Positions 19,722 to 29,800 of a stretch of DNA of 64,000 nucleotides are shown here, in pieces. Numbering within the stretch: the stretch's first letter is position 1; the number at the start of each line of letters is the position of its first letter. Origin of the DNA: a plasmid; sequence record NZ_CP104760.1; one strand, written 5' to 3'. A program made the translations under genes and the position numbers. Under the pieces are notes generated by a model that was not told where the DNA came from, did no database searches, and saw only the letters and a list, made by a program, of their open reading frames with translations.

Positions 19722-20356
19722 TGTCAGGCTGATAAAGCAAGGTGCCTGAGTTTCATCGCGTTTGTTGCGGCTGAGGCCCCTGCATTATCACAGGCCCAGG
19801 GAAAATGCTCAGGTGCCGCAATACGTCAACGCCGCATGAGGCGGTTTTCAAGCCATTCCTCTCCCCTCCGCAGACCGCGCGCGATTTTATGGCTCTGCAT
19901 CTGCCGCTCGCGCTTCTGGCGACAGGCGACCTGCTGACGCGGAGGCTGGCGTCCGGCAGCGTCTTAGAGGATGACTTGCACTCTATGCTTCAGGCAGGGG
20001 AAACCTCTGACGCAGGGGCCTTTATGCGTGAACTGGCGCAGCGGGTGAGTCAAACAGTCGGTTTATTGCAGACCTCCCTCACCGTATCAGCCTGACGTTT
20101 GCGCTGTAGCGACGCTGGCACCGCCCCGGCGGCCCGAACAGTTATCAGCCCGCTCCCGTTATTCCCGCTATTGAAGCAACGGTGCGACGTAAATCATGCG
20201 GCGCGCACTTATCGATCCTGCACCTGTTCCGACGCTGGCAGAACATCTGACAGACGTATACAGGCCCGCTTTTACGATCCACTTCAAACTATCAGTAAAT
20301 CATCTGAGCAATGGCAAAAATTAAGTTGCCTGTTTCATCGGCTCATCGAATGATGA

Positions 20357-20383
20357 GTAGAACGTTTTAGTAGAACGTTCTAC
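20357..20383. promoter_or_regulatory. LacI-family operator: a perfect 14-bp palindrome GTAGAACGTTCTAC (20370..20383) preceded by an extra half-site GTAGAACGTT (20357..20366)
   Basis: Perfect inverted repeat with a central CG, typical of LacI/GalR operators. Lies 57 bp upstream of the PTS EIICB start codon. The likely cognate regulator gene is 21991..23028. Confidence 0.5.
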
Positions 20384-20440
20384 CTACTCCAACAGCACTT
20401 AAAAAGTGTCTTCCAGGGCCTTGAATCGGGGAAAAACAGC

Positions 20441-21940
20441 ATGAGTCTGTTCTCAGGATTAATTAAATCGTTATCAAAATTGTCGATGATAGGGCGCGCC
20501 TTGATGTTGCCTATCTCGCTGCTGCCTGCCGCTGGCCTGTTACTGGCTTTCGGCGACAAATTTCATTTGCCGCTGATGATGAATGCCGGGGGCGTCATCT
20601 TCGATAATTTACCGATGCTGTTCGCTATCGGTTCCGCGGTCGGGCTGGCTTCGGAGTCGGGAATCGCGGCGCTGTCGGCTGCGGTGTCGGTCTTTGTGAC
20701 CAATATTACGATCGGCACGGTGATGGGCATTACCCCGGAGATGGCGTCGCAGGGGGGCAAATATGCGATGGTGGTGGGGATCCCCACGTTGCAAATGGGG
20801 GTATTCGGCGGCCTGATTTGCGGCGTGCTCGCCGCCTGGTGTTATAACCGCTTCCATACTTTGCAGCTGCCTGAGTTCCTCGGTTTCTTCTCCGGCAAAC
20901 GCTTTGTCGCCATCGCGACGGCCTGTTTATCCTTTTTAATGGGGCTGCTGCTGCCTTATGTCTGGCAGCATATCCAGTCGGGCATTGATGCGCTCTCTGT
21001 GATGGTAAACGGCAACAACCAGGCGGCATCCACCTTTATTTTCGGTCTGGTAGAGCGCGCGCTTATTCCGCTCGGACTGCATCATATCTGGTATCCCTCT
21101 TTCTGGTACTCGTTTGGCGACTACACCACCCATGCCGGGCTGGTGATCCATGGCGATCAGACCATCTGGTTTAAGATGCTGGAAGAGGGCGTGAAATCCT
21201 TTAGCAGCGACTCGTACCAGAACGCCGGTAAGTTTATGCAGGGCGAATTCCCGTTGATGCTGTTTGCTCTGCCTGCCGCCTGCCTTGCTATGTATCACGA
21301 AGCGCATACCGCCAATAAGAAGATCGCGGCAGGGATCCTCTTTTCCGCCGCGCTGACCTGCTTTTTGACCGGGATCACGGAGCCCGTTGAGTTTACCTTT
21401 ATCTTTGTGGCGCCGGTGCTCTACGTCTTTAACGCCATCATGGCGGGCCTGGCCTACATGATGATGTATCTGATGCATGCGCATATCGCTAAATCCTTCT
21501 CCGCCGGCTTTATCGATTATCTGTCGTTTGGCATCCTGCCGTCCTTTAACGGATATCAGACTAACTACCTGAACGCCGTGATCATCGGCGTGCCGATGGG
21601 ACTGATTTACTACTTTACCTTCCGCTATGTCATCCGCCGTCTGGATATTAAAACCCCAGGCCGCACGCTGGTCACGGCCAGTGTGAACGATAAATCGGAT
21701 AACGAGGTCGCAACGGAAATCATTGGCTTGCTTGGCGGGGCACAAAATATCAATACTGTGGGATCCTGCATCACCCGGTTGCGTCTTGACGTAGTGAAAA
21801 GCGAGCTGGTAGATAAAGATGGCCTTAACGGCGTTGGCGCACGCGGCGTGGTCTTTATCGGCGATACGGGAATACAGGTGATTTTTGGCGCCCGCGCGCA
21901 GTTTATCGCGCAAACCATGCAGACCATGCTGGCAAAATAA
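20441..21940 (+). CDS. PTS glucose-family transporter subunit EIICB
   Basis: 499 aa. An N-terminal polytopic EIIC domain is followed by a C-terminal EIIB domain with the phosphorylatable cysteine motif GSCITRLRLD. Confidence 0.85.
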   Translation: MSLFSGLIKSLSKLSMIGRALMLPISLLPAAGLLLAFGDKFHLPLMMNAGGVIFDNLPMLFAIGSAVGLASESGIAALSAAVSVFVTNITIGTVMGITPEMASQGGKYAMVVGIPTLQMGVFGGLICGVLAAWCYNRFHTLQLPEFLGFFSGKRFVAIATACLSFLMGLLLPYVWQHIQSGIDALSVMVNGNNQAASTFIFGLVERALIPLGLHHIWYPSFWYSFGDYTTHAGLVIHGDQTIWFKMLEEGVKSFSSDSYQNAGKFMQGEFPLMLFALPAACLAMYHEAHTANKKIAAGILFSAALTCFLTGITEPVEFTFIFVAPVLYVFNAIMAGLAYMMMYLMHAHIAKSFSAGFIDYLSFGILPSFNGYQTNYLNAVIIGVPMGLIYYFTFRYVIRRLDIKTPGRTLVTASVNDKSDNEVATEIIGLLGGAQNINTVGSCITRLRLDVVKSELVDKDGLNGVGARGVVFIGDTGIQVIFGARAQFIAQTMQTMLAK

Positions 21941-21990
21941 CAGGTGACTCATGTCTCCGGCTCCGGCTGGAGACGCTATTTCAAGGCAGG

Positions 21991-23028
21991 ATGATTCCTT
22001 CAGGAGCAGGTTTGAAAAAAGTCAGCATCATTGATGTTGCCAAAGAGGCTGGCGTATCCGTCTCTACCGTCTCACTGGTGTTGCGGCAGAAAGGCAAGAT
22101 CTCCGACGCGACCATTGCAAAGGTGCAGGCAGCTATTGAGCAACTGGGCTATGTGCATAACGTAGCGGCGGCTAATCTGCGCGCCAGCACTTCAAACCTG
22201 ATAGGTCTGATCCTCTGCGATTTTAGCGACAGCTATGCCATCAAAGTGATGGCAAGCGTGGTAAAGGAATTAGAAAAACACGGATTTATGGTGTTTCTTG
22301 GCCAGCCCCAGGATAACGGGGCCAGCCTTGAGCGTTGTCTTCTCTCATTCAAACAGCAGGGCGTGGCGGGCATTATTTATCTGACCTCTGACACTAAGCA
22401 CGCCACGCTGCCTGAACAGCTTCGCCAGTGCCCGTTGCCATTGGTTGTCGTCTCTCAGATATTGATTAATGAGGCCTGTAACCTGGTCATGCGCGACAAC
22501 CGACAGGCCGCCGCGCTGGCGACACGCTATCTGCTGGAACGCGGACACCGTAATATCGGTTACATCGGTGGGCAGGCCGACTGTCTGCTTCGCATGCAGC
22601 GACTGCAGGGATTTCGCGCCAGCCTGCAGCAAAACGGCATTGTGCAAAAAGAGGACTCGGCGCCCGCATGCAGCGAAGATACCTGGGCGGCAAGCCAGGT
22701 CACTCGCCATCTGCTGGAAAAAAACCACACCCTGACCGCGCTGCTTTGTCATTCGCCGACGGCGCTGATTGGCGCCATTAACGGGATTCATCAGGTCGGG
22801 CGCACGCTGGGTAAGGATCTGTTTCTGACGCAGCAAGTGGCGCTGATCGGCTTTGAAGATATGCTGCACGTCAATCTTACCTCGCCGTCGTTGACCTGCG
22901 TGTCATCCGCCAGCGAGGAAACCGGGCGGCAGGCAGCAGAGCTGATGATGAGTCAGATCAGGGAGCCCGCGTTGCCGACGCAGCGCATTATGCTGAGCGG
23001 GGAGCTTGTCGTCAGGGAGTCGGCGTAG
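21991..23028 (+). CDS. LacI family transcriptional regulator
   Basis: N-terminal HTH (VSIIDVAKEAGVSVSTVSLVLRQKG) plus a periplasmic-binding-protein-like sugar-binding core. Confidence 0.85.
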   Translation: MIPSGAGLKKVSIIDVAKEAGVSVSTVSLVLRQKGKISDATIAKVQAAIEQLGYVHNVAAANLRASTSNLIGLILCDFSDSYAIKVMASVVKELEKHGFMVFLGQPQDNGASLERCLLSFKQQGVAGIIYLTSDTKHATLPEQLRQCPLPLVVVSQILINEACNLVMRDNRQAAALATRYLLERGHRNIGYIGGQADCLLRMQRLQGFRASLQQNGIVQKEDSAPACSEDTWAASQVTRHLLEKNHTLTALLCHSPTALIGAINGIHQVGRTLGKDLFLTQQVALIGFEDMLHVNLTSPSLTCVSSASEETGRQAAELMMSQIREPALPTQRIMLSGELVVRESA

Positions 23029-23135
23029 TGGTTGTGTACGCCGGAAAGATGACATAAACGTTGCTGGCCGTTCATGCCAGGGGGATTGCGGAAAAGAAGA
23101 AAAGAGGTGGGCTCAGCGGCCCTCGTCAAAGCTTT

Positions 23136-23165
23136 ACCCCAGATTGCCTGGGGTATTTTATTTAC
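23136..23165. terminator. Rho-independent terminator serving convergent genes
   Basis: Stem ACCCCAG / CTGGGGT with loop ATTGC, followed by ATTTTATTT. Confidence 0.5.
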
Positions 23166-24436
23166 AGCATGCTGTAGAGCAGCGCGGACATGGTGAGCAG
23201 GCCACCGATAATAACGGTGATTGCCATCCCGCCTCTCAGCGCATGCAGCTCCTTTCTGGTATAGACAAGGTAAGAAGGGATAGCGAACACAAAGATAGCA
23301 ATCAGAGGCCCGCATACCGTTTCAATCAGCGCCATTACATCAGGGTTCCAGTATGCGACCGCAAACGACACCGCAAACAAGATTGCGAACGCCATGGCTT
23401 TTGCCCGCTTACGGCCCGCGTCATCTTTTACGCCAACAGCATCGCCGATGAGCGTTGAGAAGGTTTCCGCAACCGGCAGGCAGACCCCAAGAAAGGATTT
23501 TGTCATCGCCACCATGGCGATAAAAGGCGCAATCAAAAATAACAGGCCAGCCCCCCCGCTCCCTTCCATAACGGAAAGTACATTCAGGTTTTGTGCTCGG
23601 GCATTCACAAACACGTCATGCGGCATGCTCAGCACGCAGCTCAGGACGAAAAAGATAACGCTGGAAAAAATGGCGCAATAAGCCAGACGAATCACGCTGA
23701 CGGCTTTCTCTTCGCCGCCGTTTCCTTTTTCCAGATAATAAGAGGATAAAGGCGACATCATCGGCGCAGAACAAAAGGAGAAGGTGATCAACGGCAGCGT
23801 CAACCAGAGCGCTTTAAGTGAGATACCGGAAGACGCACCCGTGATTTCCTGCATTGACGCCGTCAGGTTTGAAAGATGCCAGGAAGGGATCTGCATCACA
23901 GCAATCAGCAAGAGAGAGAGCGCAAAGGGTATAGCCAGCGTGCTCATCGTACTTACAACACGGTCACGCCCTTTGCTTAACACAATAAACAAGCACGCGA
24001 CGACGATGAATGACAACAGCGCGCGGCTGACTTCGGCGAAGTGCAGATGGACGGTAAAATAGTTGTCCAGCGCGTTAACCAGTGAAACAGCGTAAACAAG
24101 CGTGACGGGGAAGTGGGCTACGCAGAAAAATAGCTTAATGCCCTGACGGCCTTTCGGACCGAAAAATTTACCGAAGAGAGGAAGGGAGGCATTGTCTGCC
24201 TGCTTATCACGCATAAAGATGCGACAGATCAGTAGATGCGGTACCAGAGACAGCGGTAAAGCCAGTAAAAACATCATTAACAACACGACAGCTCCCCGCG
24301 TGCCCACTTCTACTGGCAGAAAAAGCGTACCCGCACCTACTGTCGTACCGTATACCCCCATCATCCAGACCGTATCTTTAATCGACCATGCTGTTCTGCT
24401 CGCGGCTACGTTTTTATTTTTTACTTGAGTATTCAT
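23162..24436 (-). CDS. HAAAP family (hydroxy/aromatic amino acid permease; SdaC/TdcC/Mtr-like) transporter
   Basis: 424 aa with 11 TM helices and an N-terminal region typical of serine/aromatic amino acid:H+ symporters. Confidence 0.7.
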   Translation of the reverse strand: MNTQVKNKNVAASRTAWSIKDTVWMMGVYGTTVGAGTLFLPVEVGTRGAVVLLMMFLLALPLSLVPHLLICRIFMRDKQADNASLPLFGKFFGPKGRQGIKLFFCVAHFPVTLVYAVSLVNALDNYFTVHLHFAEVSRALLSFIVVACLFIVLSKGRDRVVSTMSTLAIPFALSLLLIAVMQIPSWHLSNLTASMQEITGASSGISLKALWLTLPLITFSFCSAPMMSPLSSYYLEKGNGGEEKAVSVIRLAYCAIFSSVIFFVLSCVLSMPHDVFVNARAQNLNVLSVMEGSGGAGLLFLIAPFIAMVAMTKSFLGVCLPVAETFSTLIGDAVGVKDDAGRKRAKAMAFAILFAVSFAVAYWNPDVMALIETVCGPLIAIFVFAIPSYLVYTRKELHALRGGMAITVIIGGLLTMSALLYSML

Positions 24437-24993
24437 TTCTGCACTATATCTATTGAATGTTAAAACAATTACGCTACATTATTGCTTCTTCTTTAACTAA
24501 ATCGACGCACTAGCGCATAAAAACACCTGAAATGGGGCGGGCCAGACGCTTATCAGAAGGCGTCGAATTGTCCGTTAAAATACCGCACAGGCCAAATCAT
24601 TTCGTAGAAGTGTGACCAGACTGGCTGAAGGATGCTGCATTGTTATGCTCATCTTGCCAGCGTCAAACACTGGTCAGGGCGGCTGGGCGCTGGATGCCTG
24701 CCGGGACAGATGCTGCAAAATGTTCTTACCATGCTGATATTTTCACGAAGCAAAAAAATATTTCGCTTACGGCAGTTGTTTTTGCTGTTTCATATCATTA
24801 ATTATCTGGGTCTGGGTAACGAATTAAATACGTCGCCACACCAAAAAAATATTGCTACGTCGGGGATATTACTATTGCTGGTGCTTACAGAGATATTTTA
24901 AGTGCGCTTTTATATTAAGGGTCAGGCAAAAGCATGGCCATGTAATTTTAAATTTAAAAGGTAATGCTTATCCGCACCCTACAGCATAAAAAA

Positions 24994-25024
24994 AGCCCCA
25001 TCAAAAAATGCTGGGGCTTTTTTA
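24994..25024. terminator. Bidirectional rho-independent terminator
   Basis: AGCCCCA-loop-TGGGGCT with flanking A-run and T-run. Lies about 90 bp downstream of the stop of the minus-strand ORF at 25115. Confidence 0.6.
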
Positions 25025-25114
25025 TATAACTGCCGGACGATTCAACCGATCATTTATTTAACCGTTCGGTTCCGGCATGTTTTTTAAGGCGAAAATGGCT
25101 ATCAGCTTTACGCT

Positions 25115-26470
25115 TTATGAGTCCCAGATAGCACCGTACGCCCCGCGGCCACGAGCCTCACACCCTTCCACCACGTAATCAGTAAGCCCACGGTTTGCAA
25201 TGCACACTACCGCTTCCGCCTCTATGCGTTCTGCTTCCTGCCAGGCAAGCTCCAGCAGATCCGGTTTACCCTTCGCATCGGTGTCCCAGATAATGATATC
25301 CGGCACCACGGTCAGCACCTCGTCAACAAAAGCATCGCCGTAGGTAAGACGGGGATTACGCGTTGACCAGATCAGACTGCGGCGCGGCCGGTTAGCCACC
25401 AGGTGGGGTAGCAGAGGGCCAATACCGCTGCCCGTGGCGACAAACACCACTGAGTGAAAGAGCTGATGCACACTGCCAACGCCAGGCGTGGGAATGCCGC
25501 GAAACCAGACATGGCCTGGCGGATTATCAATAAACTCGCTGGTCCAGTCACCCGCCCGTGAAACCAGCATCCGGCAGCCGCGCCCCTGCAGCACCGGGAT
25601 GTTAGCAAACGCATGCCATTCACTCAGCGGATGACGACTAATGGTAAACGACGAGCCGGTAAAGGGATCGCGTGGCAAGTTGAAATGCAGCAGCACCGCA
25701 TGCTCCGACGGGCGGGTAAAGGTCACCGGTACCCGACGCAGATGAAGCCAGGGCACCAGCACACTGACAGTAATGGTCAGCAGCCCCCAGAAGGCGGGTA
25801 GCATGTACACTGAATGGTGCGTGTCACGGGCAAAACAGCTTACCTGAGCCCATGAGAGAAACAGTGCCAGCCAGCCAACGTAGCGATGAACGTGTTCAAA
25901 CTGATTATGATAACGCGCGCGCACCGCCGGCAGGGCCATCAGGCAGATCAACGCCAGCAGCAGCCCCAGCATAAGATTAAGCATCACCAGCTGCAGTGAA
26001 ACGCCCGGCAAATGATGCATATAGTTCCAGCAAACGCCGGCCGTAAATCCCAGCGTCCATAAAGTGGCAAATAATGCACAACCTGAATGTATCCCGCCAA
26101 AGTGATAGACCTTGGCCAGATGTCGACGCACCTTTAATGGCCAGTTTCGCGGGGTTTTCCAGACAAGGCGGAACAGCAGATTAATCAGATATTGCTGACG
26201 AATAAGCACGGTAATTAATAAATTACCCAGCGCCATATTCGCCATTGCGGCCAAATTTAACTGTTGAGGCTGCCACCAGCGTCCGGTCATCAGAGCATAA
26301 TCAAGCCACAAAAGATTGATAAACGTCACCAGAATAAACAGCCGCTGATAATGGCTTAATGGGTATAACTTACTCCGCTTTAACCAGGAAATAGTCCGCC
26401 TGTTGCCTTGCCAGACATCAATCATTCGTGACTCTTTCAAAAAATTTACCCCATGAAAATGGAAGGACAT
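25115..26470 (-). CDS. Membrane flavocytochrome-like protein: an N-terminal TM domain of about 6 helices (His-rich) fused to a C-terminal FNR-type FAD/NAD(P)H-binding domain (ferric reductase/NOX-like)
   Basis: The hydrophobic N-terminal 250 aa have conserved His in TM segments (HFGGIH, HVHRYVGW, DTHH). The C-terminal 200 aa carry an FRE/NOX-like flavin site (FTISRHPLSEWH) and the nucleotide-binding motif ATGSGIGPLLPHL (compare G[ST]GIG.TP in the NOX/FRE family). Confidence 0.5.
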   Translation of the reverse strand: MSFHFHGVNFLKESRMIDVWQGNRRTISWLKRSKLYPLSHYQRLFILVTFINLLWLDYALMTGRWWQPQQLNLAAMANMALGNLLITVLIRQQYLINLLFRLVWKTPRNWPLKVRRHLAKVYHFGGIHSGCALFATLWTLGFTAGVCWNYMHHLPGVSLQLVMLNLMLGLLLALICLMALPAVRARYHNQFEHVHRYVGWLALFLSWAQVSCFARDTHHSVYMLPAFWGLLTITVSVLVPWLHLRRVPVTFTRPSEHAVLLHFNLPRDPFTGSSFTISRHPLSEWHAFANIPVLQGRGCRMLVSRAGDWTSEFIDNPPGHVWFRGIPTPGVGSVHQLFHSVVFVATGSGIGPLLPHLVANRPRRSLIWSTRNPRLTYGDAFVDEVLTVVPDIIIWDTDAKGKPDLLELAWQEAERIEAEAVVCIANRGLTDYVVEGCEARGRGAYGAIWDS

Positions 26471-27158
26471 GACTACCTGATGGTTAGATAACGGCTAGAA
26501 TAAAGCAGGTAATATATAGGGTAAACAGATAAACAAAATTTGAGAATAATCCAAGGCGTACTGCTGGCGGATAACTTATGGCTACCGTCAGTTATAACCC
26601 ATGCACCGGAGGCGCTATCGCAACTTCATGCGCAGCAGCATGTGGCGCTTTATTGATAAATGGAATAAATCTGAATCAGCAGGAAGTTTAGACGAAGGAA
26701 AAAATAATAAAGCTAAAAATATCAGGGAGGAAAATCGAATACTACTTCCTGCCAGATGAGCAGATAACAGGCCTTATTCAGCTTGCGGTAGCGCCGGATA
26801 ATTAATGCTTCTTGAACCAGAATAAATACAAAGTATAAAAAGTGACAACATCAGTGGCGATTCCGTTGAAGTCATTCCAGCACAATTCGGGATTAAAAGA
26901 GCCCTGAGGAGAAGACTCTGCCTGGGCGGGTTTAATGACATCTTATGTTAAGTAACCAGCCTGATTAACGCCAGGGATGGCGATTAAACTATCGGCAGTA
27001 ATCGGTAGTCCACTCGCGATGTGCTTACATATTCAGGCTGTTTATGAACTCCACCCGACTGCGAAAATTGTTGATTCTTCAGTACTGCATACCCACTGTA
27101 AGCCAGATCCTTTATCTGCCTTCCTTAAGCAGCCAGCAAATGTCATTGAGAAAAGAAA

Positions 27159-27188
27159 AACGGGCGGCGATGAACTGCCCGTTTTTTA
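27159..27188. terminator. Rho-independent terminator downstream of the MHS transporter gene
   Basis: AACGGGC-loop-GCCCGTT followed by TTTTTA, with T-tails on both strands. Confidence 0.5.
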
Positions 27189-27211
27189 TCCCTGTACAGG
27201 ATGCGCTTTGG

Positions 27212-28597
27212 TTATCTTCTGACGCGATTTGCTGCTGGCGTCACGGCTGCTGCCGTCGCGGAGTAGGGATCACAGACTCGCTGGCGTGGATAGTGGAAAA
27301 ATAATCCTATTGATATAAACGAGGCAATTGCTACCGCAGCAATATAATAGACCAGCGTAAATGCGCTGCCTGACCAGCTAATCAGCGCTGCGCCGATAAG
27401 CGGCGCTGTGCCGCCAAAAAGCGCTGTCCCCATGTTGTAAGCCATAGCCCCAGCAGAGGCTCGCATCTCAGCCGGAAACATATCGACCAGGCTAATGGTC
27501 ATACCGCTCGTCACCATAGGAAAAATCATGACCGGCACGACCGCCGCGATAATCGCGCTACTCAGCGTGCCGTGCTCAGCCCAGGTAAAGGCAAAAAACA
27601 TTGCTGGAATGAGTAGCGCACAGCCCAACATTAGCCAGAGTTTACGTCCAATGACGTCGCTCAGATAACCATGCAGTAGGGTACTCAAGATCAGAACAAA
27701 CTGGGAAACCAGCACGGCCCTGGCAGCGTCAGGCCTGGTCAGACCGACAAACGTTGTAAGATAGGTTGAGAAGAACCCCAAAATCAGATAGTTCGGCAGG
27801 GTATGACTCATCAGGATAGACATGAAGACCAGCATGTTTTTCCACTGCGAGCGGATAACCTGCGTCACCGTCGGGGGCGTAATTTGTTTCTCCTGGCGTG
27901 CGCGCTCAACGGCACGGAATTCCGGACTTTCGTCAAGCTTGCGGCGAATGATCAGACCCACCAGCCCCAGCGGGAACCCGACAGCAAACAGTACGCGCCA
28001 GCCCCATTCCTCCATTTGAGCCGCAGTAATCCACGAAGACAGCAGTGTGTAGAGCCCTATGGCGATGGCTGTACCGATATAGGCGCCAATCGGAGAAAAC
28101 GAGGCGCGGAATGCACGACGTTTCTGATTACTGTTTTCAACAATATAGTCTGTTGCCGTCGCGTATTCTCCGCCGGCAAAAAAGCCCTGAATCAGACGGC
28201 AAATCACTAACAGCACCGTCGCCGTTGTACCCGCTTGCGACCATGTGGGAAGGAGAGCCGTTAGCCCGGTCACGACGCTCATACCGGTGATGGTCACCAT
28301 CAGGACAAAACGTCTGCCCCAGCGGTCGCCTGCCAGCCCCAGCACAATGCCTCCAATCGGCCTGACTAAAAAGCTTGAGGCGTAAAGCAGCAGCACAGAA
28401 AGCAGCGCAGACAGCGGCGCATCCTGCGGGAAAAAAATCCGGGAAATGACTGGGGCGAGCAGGCCATAAACGGCAAAGTCGAGAAACTCGACCAGATTGC
28501 CAGCGACAGCACCAATCAACGTTTTGCGTTGCATTTCGGTTGTCACCTCAGGAAGCGTGGCGGACGTGCTCATGGTTAACTCCATCTTCACCGTCAA
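27212..28597 (-). CDS. MFS transporter, metabolite:H+ symporter (MHS) family (ShiA/KgtP/ProP-like)
   Basis: 461 aa with 12 TM helices. The N-terminal motif GAVAGNLVEFLDFAVYG is typical of the MHS family. Confidence 0.8.
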   Translation of the reverse strand: MTVKMELTMSTSATLPEVTTEMQRKTLIGAVAGNLVEFLDFAVYGLLAPVISRIFFPQDAPLSALLSVLLLYASSFLVRPIGGIVLGLAGDRWGRRFVLMVTITGMSVVTGLTALLPTWSQAGTTATVLLVICRLIQGFFAGGEYATATDYIVENSNQKRRAFRASFSPIGAYIGTAIAIGLYTLLSSWITAAQMEEWGWRVLFAVGFPLGLVGLIIRRKLDESPEFRAVERARQEKQITPPTVTQVIRSQWKNMLVFMSILMSHTLPNYLILGFFSTYLTTFVGLTRPDAARAVLVSQFVLILSTLLHGYLSDVIGRKLWLMLGCALLIPAMFFAFTWAEHGTLSSAIIAAVVPVMIFPMVTSGMTISLVDMFPAEMRASAGAMAYNMGTALFGGTAPLIGAALISWSGSAFTLVYYIAAVAIASFISIGLFFHYPRQRVCDPYSATAAAVTPAANRVRR

Positions 28598-28833
28598 ACT
28601 GCACGGTCAATTGAACGTGAGTCAGAATGATTGCTCATTCCACATTGCGGTATGCCATTCCGTTATTCACGTTAGATGAGCGAGAAATAGCCGTCAATGC
28701 AATAGCGAGAGGATTTCAATATGGATCACAAGGCGACACGCAAGCGCGAGGATGAGGGCAGATCGAAGGAGAAGGGGGTCAATGACAGCTGTTGGGCTTG
28801 TTCTGGCAATGTAATTGCCAGAACATCATCGTG

Positions 28834-29583
28834 TTAGCTTCTGGCGTTTTTTTGCAGGCCAATTGATTGGGCAGCCTGCATCGTCAGCGCCCCCCATTCA
28901 GCGATTTTGTCTTCGCGATAGCGGGAATCCGGCATGGAAATACAAATGCTGGCGACCGGCTGATGCATAGCGTCGAAAACAGGGGCCCCTACTGCAAATA
29001 TGCCAGCGCGATAGTAACCCCTGTTAATGGAATATCCTCGTTCGCGCACCCGGTTTAGCTCATCACGTAACTGTTCAGGCTGGGTAATGGTCGACGGATT
29101 AAAAGAGTTAAGTTCGCCATTGATGATCTTTTCAATCTGCAACTCGGGCAGAAAGGCCAGGATCGCCATGCCATTGGCAGTTGAATGAATAGGGGCGATA
29201 TCGCCGACAGGACTGACCGCGCGCACCGGATGGGGGCTTTCCAGCCGGTCAATGACCACTACCGCGCTGCTGCCATCATAGACCGACACATAAACGGTTT
29301 CCTGAGTGGCATTGCGCAGTTCAGCCATTGGCTCTTGTATAGCAGACGCCAGGCCACCGCCAGTCAGTTCATCAGGCCGCACGCTGAGCACGCGCGGGCT
29401 AATCGCCCAGCGTGGCATATCGCCTTCAATCAGACGTAGCCAGCCTGCCTCATGAAAGGTCCAGAGAATGCGTTGCACCGTCGTTTTCGGCATTGACATC
29501 ATCTTTGCCAGTTCTCCAACGCTGACGGGTTGCTTCTCCGCTACCATCTCCAGCACTTTCAAACTCTTAATCAGACTTTGCAT
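28834..29583 (-). CDS. IclR family transcriptional regulator
   Basis: N-terminal wHTH (LKVLEMVAEKQPVSVGELAKMMSMPKTTVQRIL) plus a C-terminal effector-binding domain. Confidence 0.85.
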   Translation of the reverse strand: MQSLIKSLKVLEMVAEKQPVSVGELAKMMSMPKTTVQRILWTFHEAGWLRLIEGDMPRWAISPRVLSVRPDELTGGGLASAIQEPMAELRNATQETVYVSVYDGSSAVVVIDRLESPHPVRAVSPVGDIAPIHSTANGMAILAFLPELQIEKIINGELNSFNPSTITQPEQLRDELNRVRERGYSINRGYYRAGIFAVGAPVFDAMHQPVASICISMPDSRYREDKIAEWGALTMQAAQSIGLQKNARS

Positions 29584-29800
29584 AAATAAACCGTCCGTTT
29601 TTTATTTTTAATGTCATCGATAGCTGTGCCGTAATATGGCACAGCCTGCTTTACCCTGCCTCGCCTTTCCCCTGGATGCCATGACAACGTGCCCCTTTTG
29701 CTTAAATTTTGCCCTTGCAGCCAGGTTTAAATCGTGCCAGGTTATAAAAATGGAATGCCATTCCTCATTGTGGAACGATAGCGAGTGTGTTTAACGACCT

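Noticed and set aside
20936-21952. 338-aa ORF on the minus strand fully inside the PTS EIICB gene
   Set aside because: It is antisense to a well-supported, motif-bearing CDS and its translation is low-complexity and His/Arg/Gly-rich with no recognisable domain. This is a typical spurious antisense ORF in GC-rich DNA.
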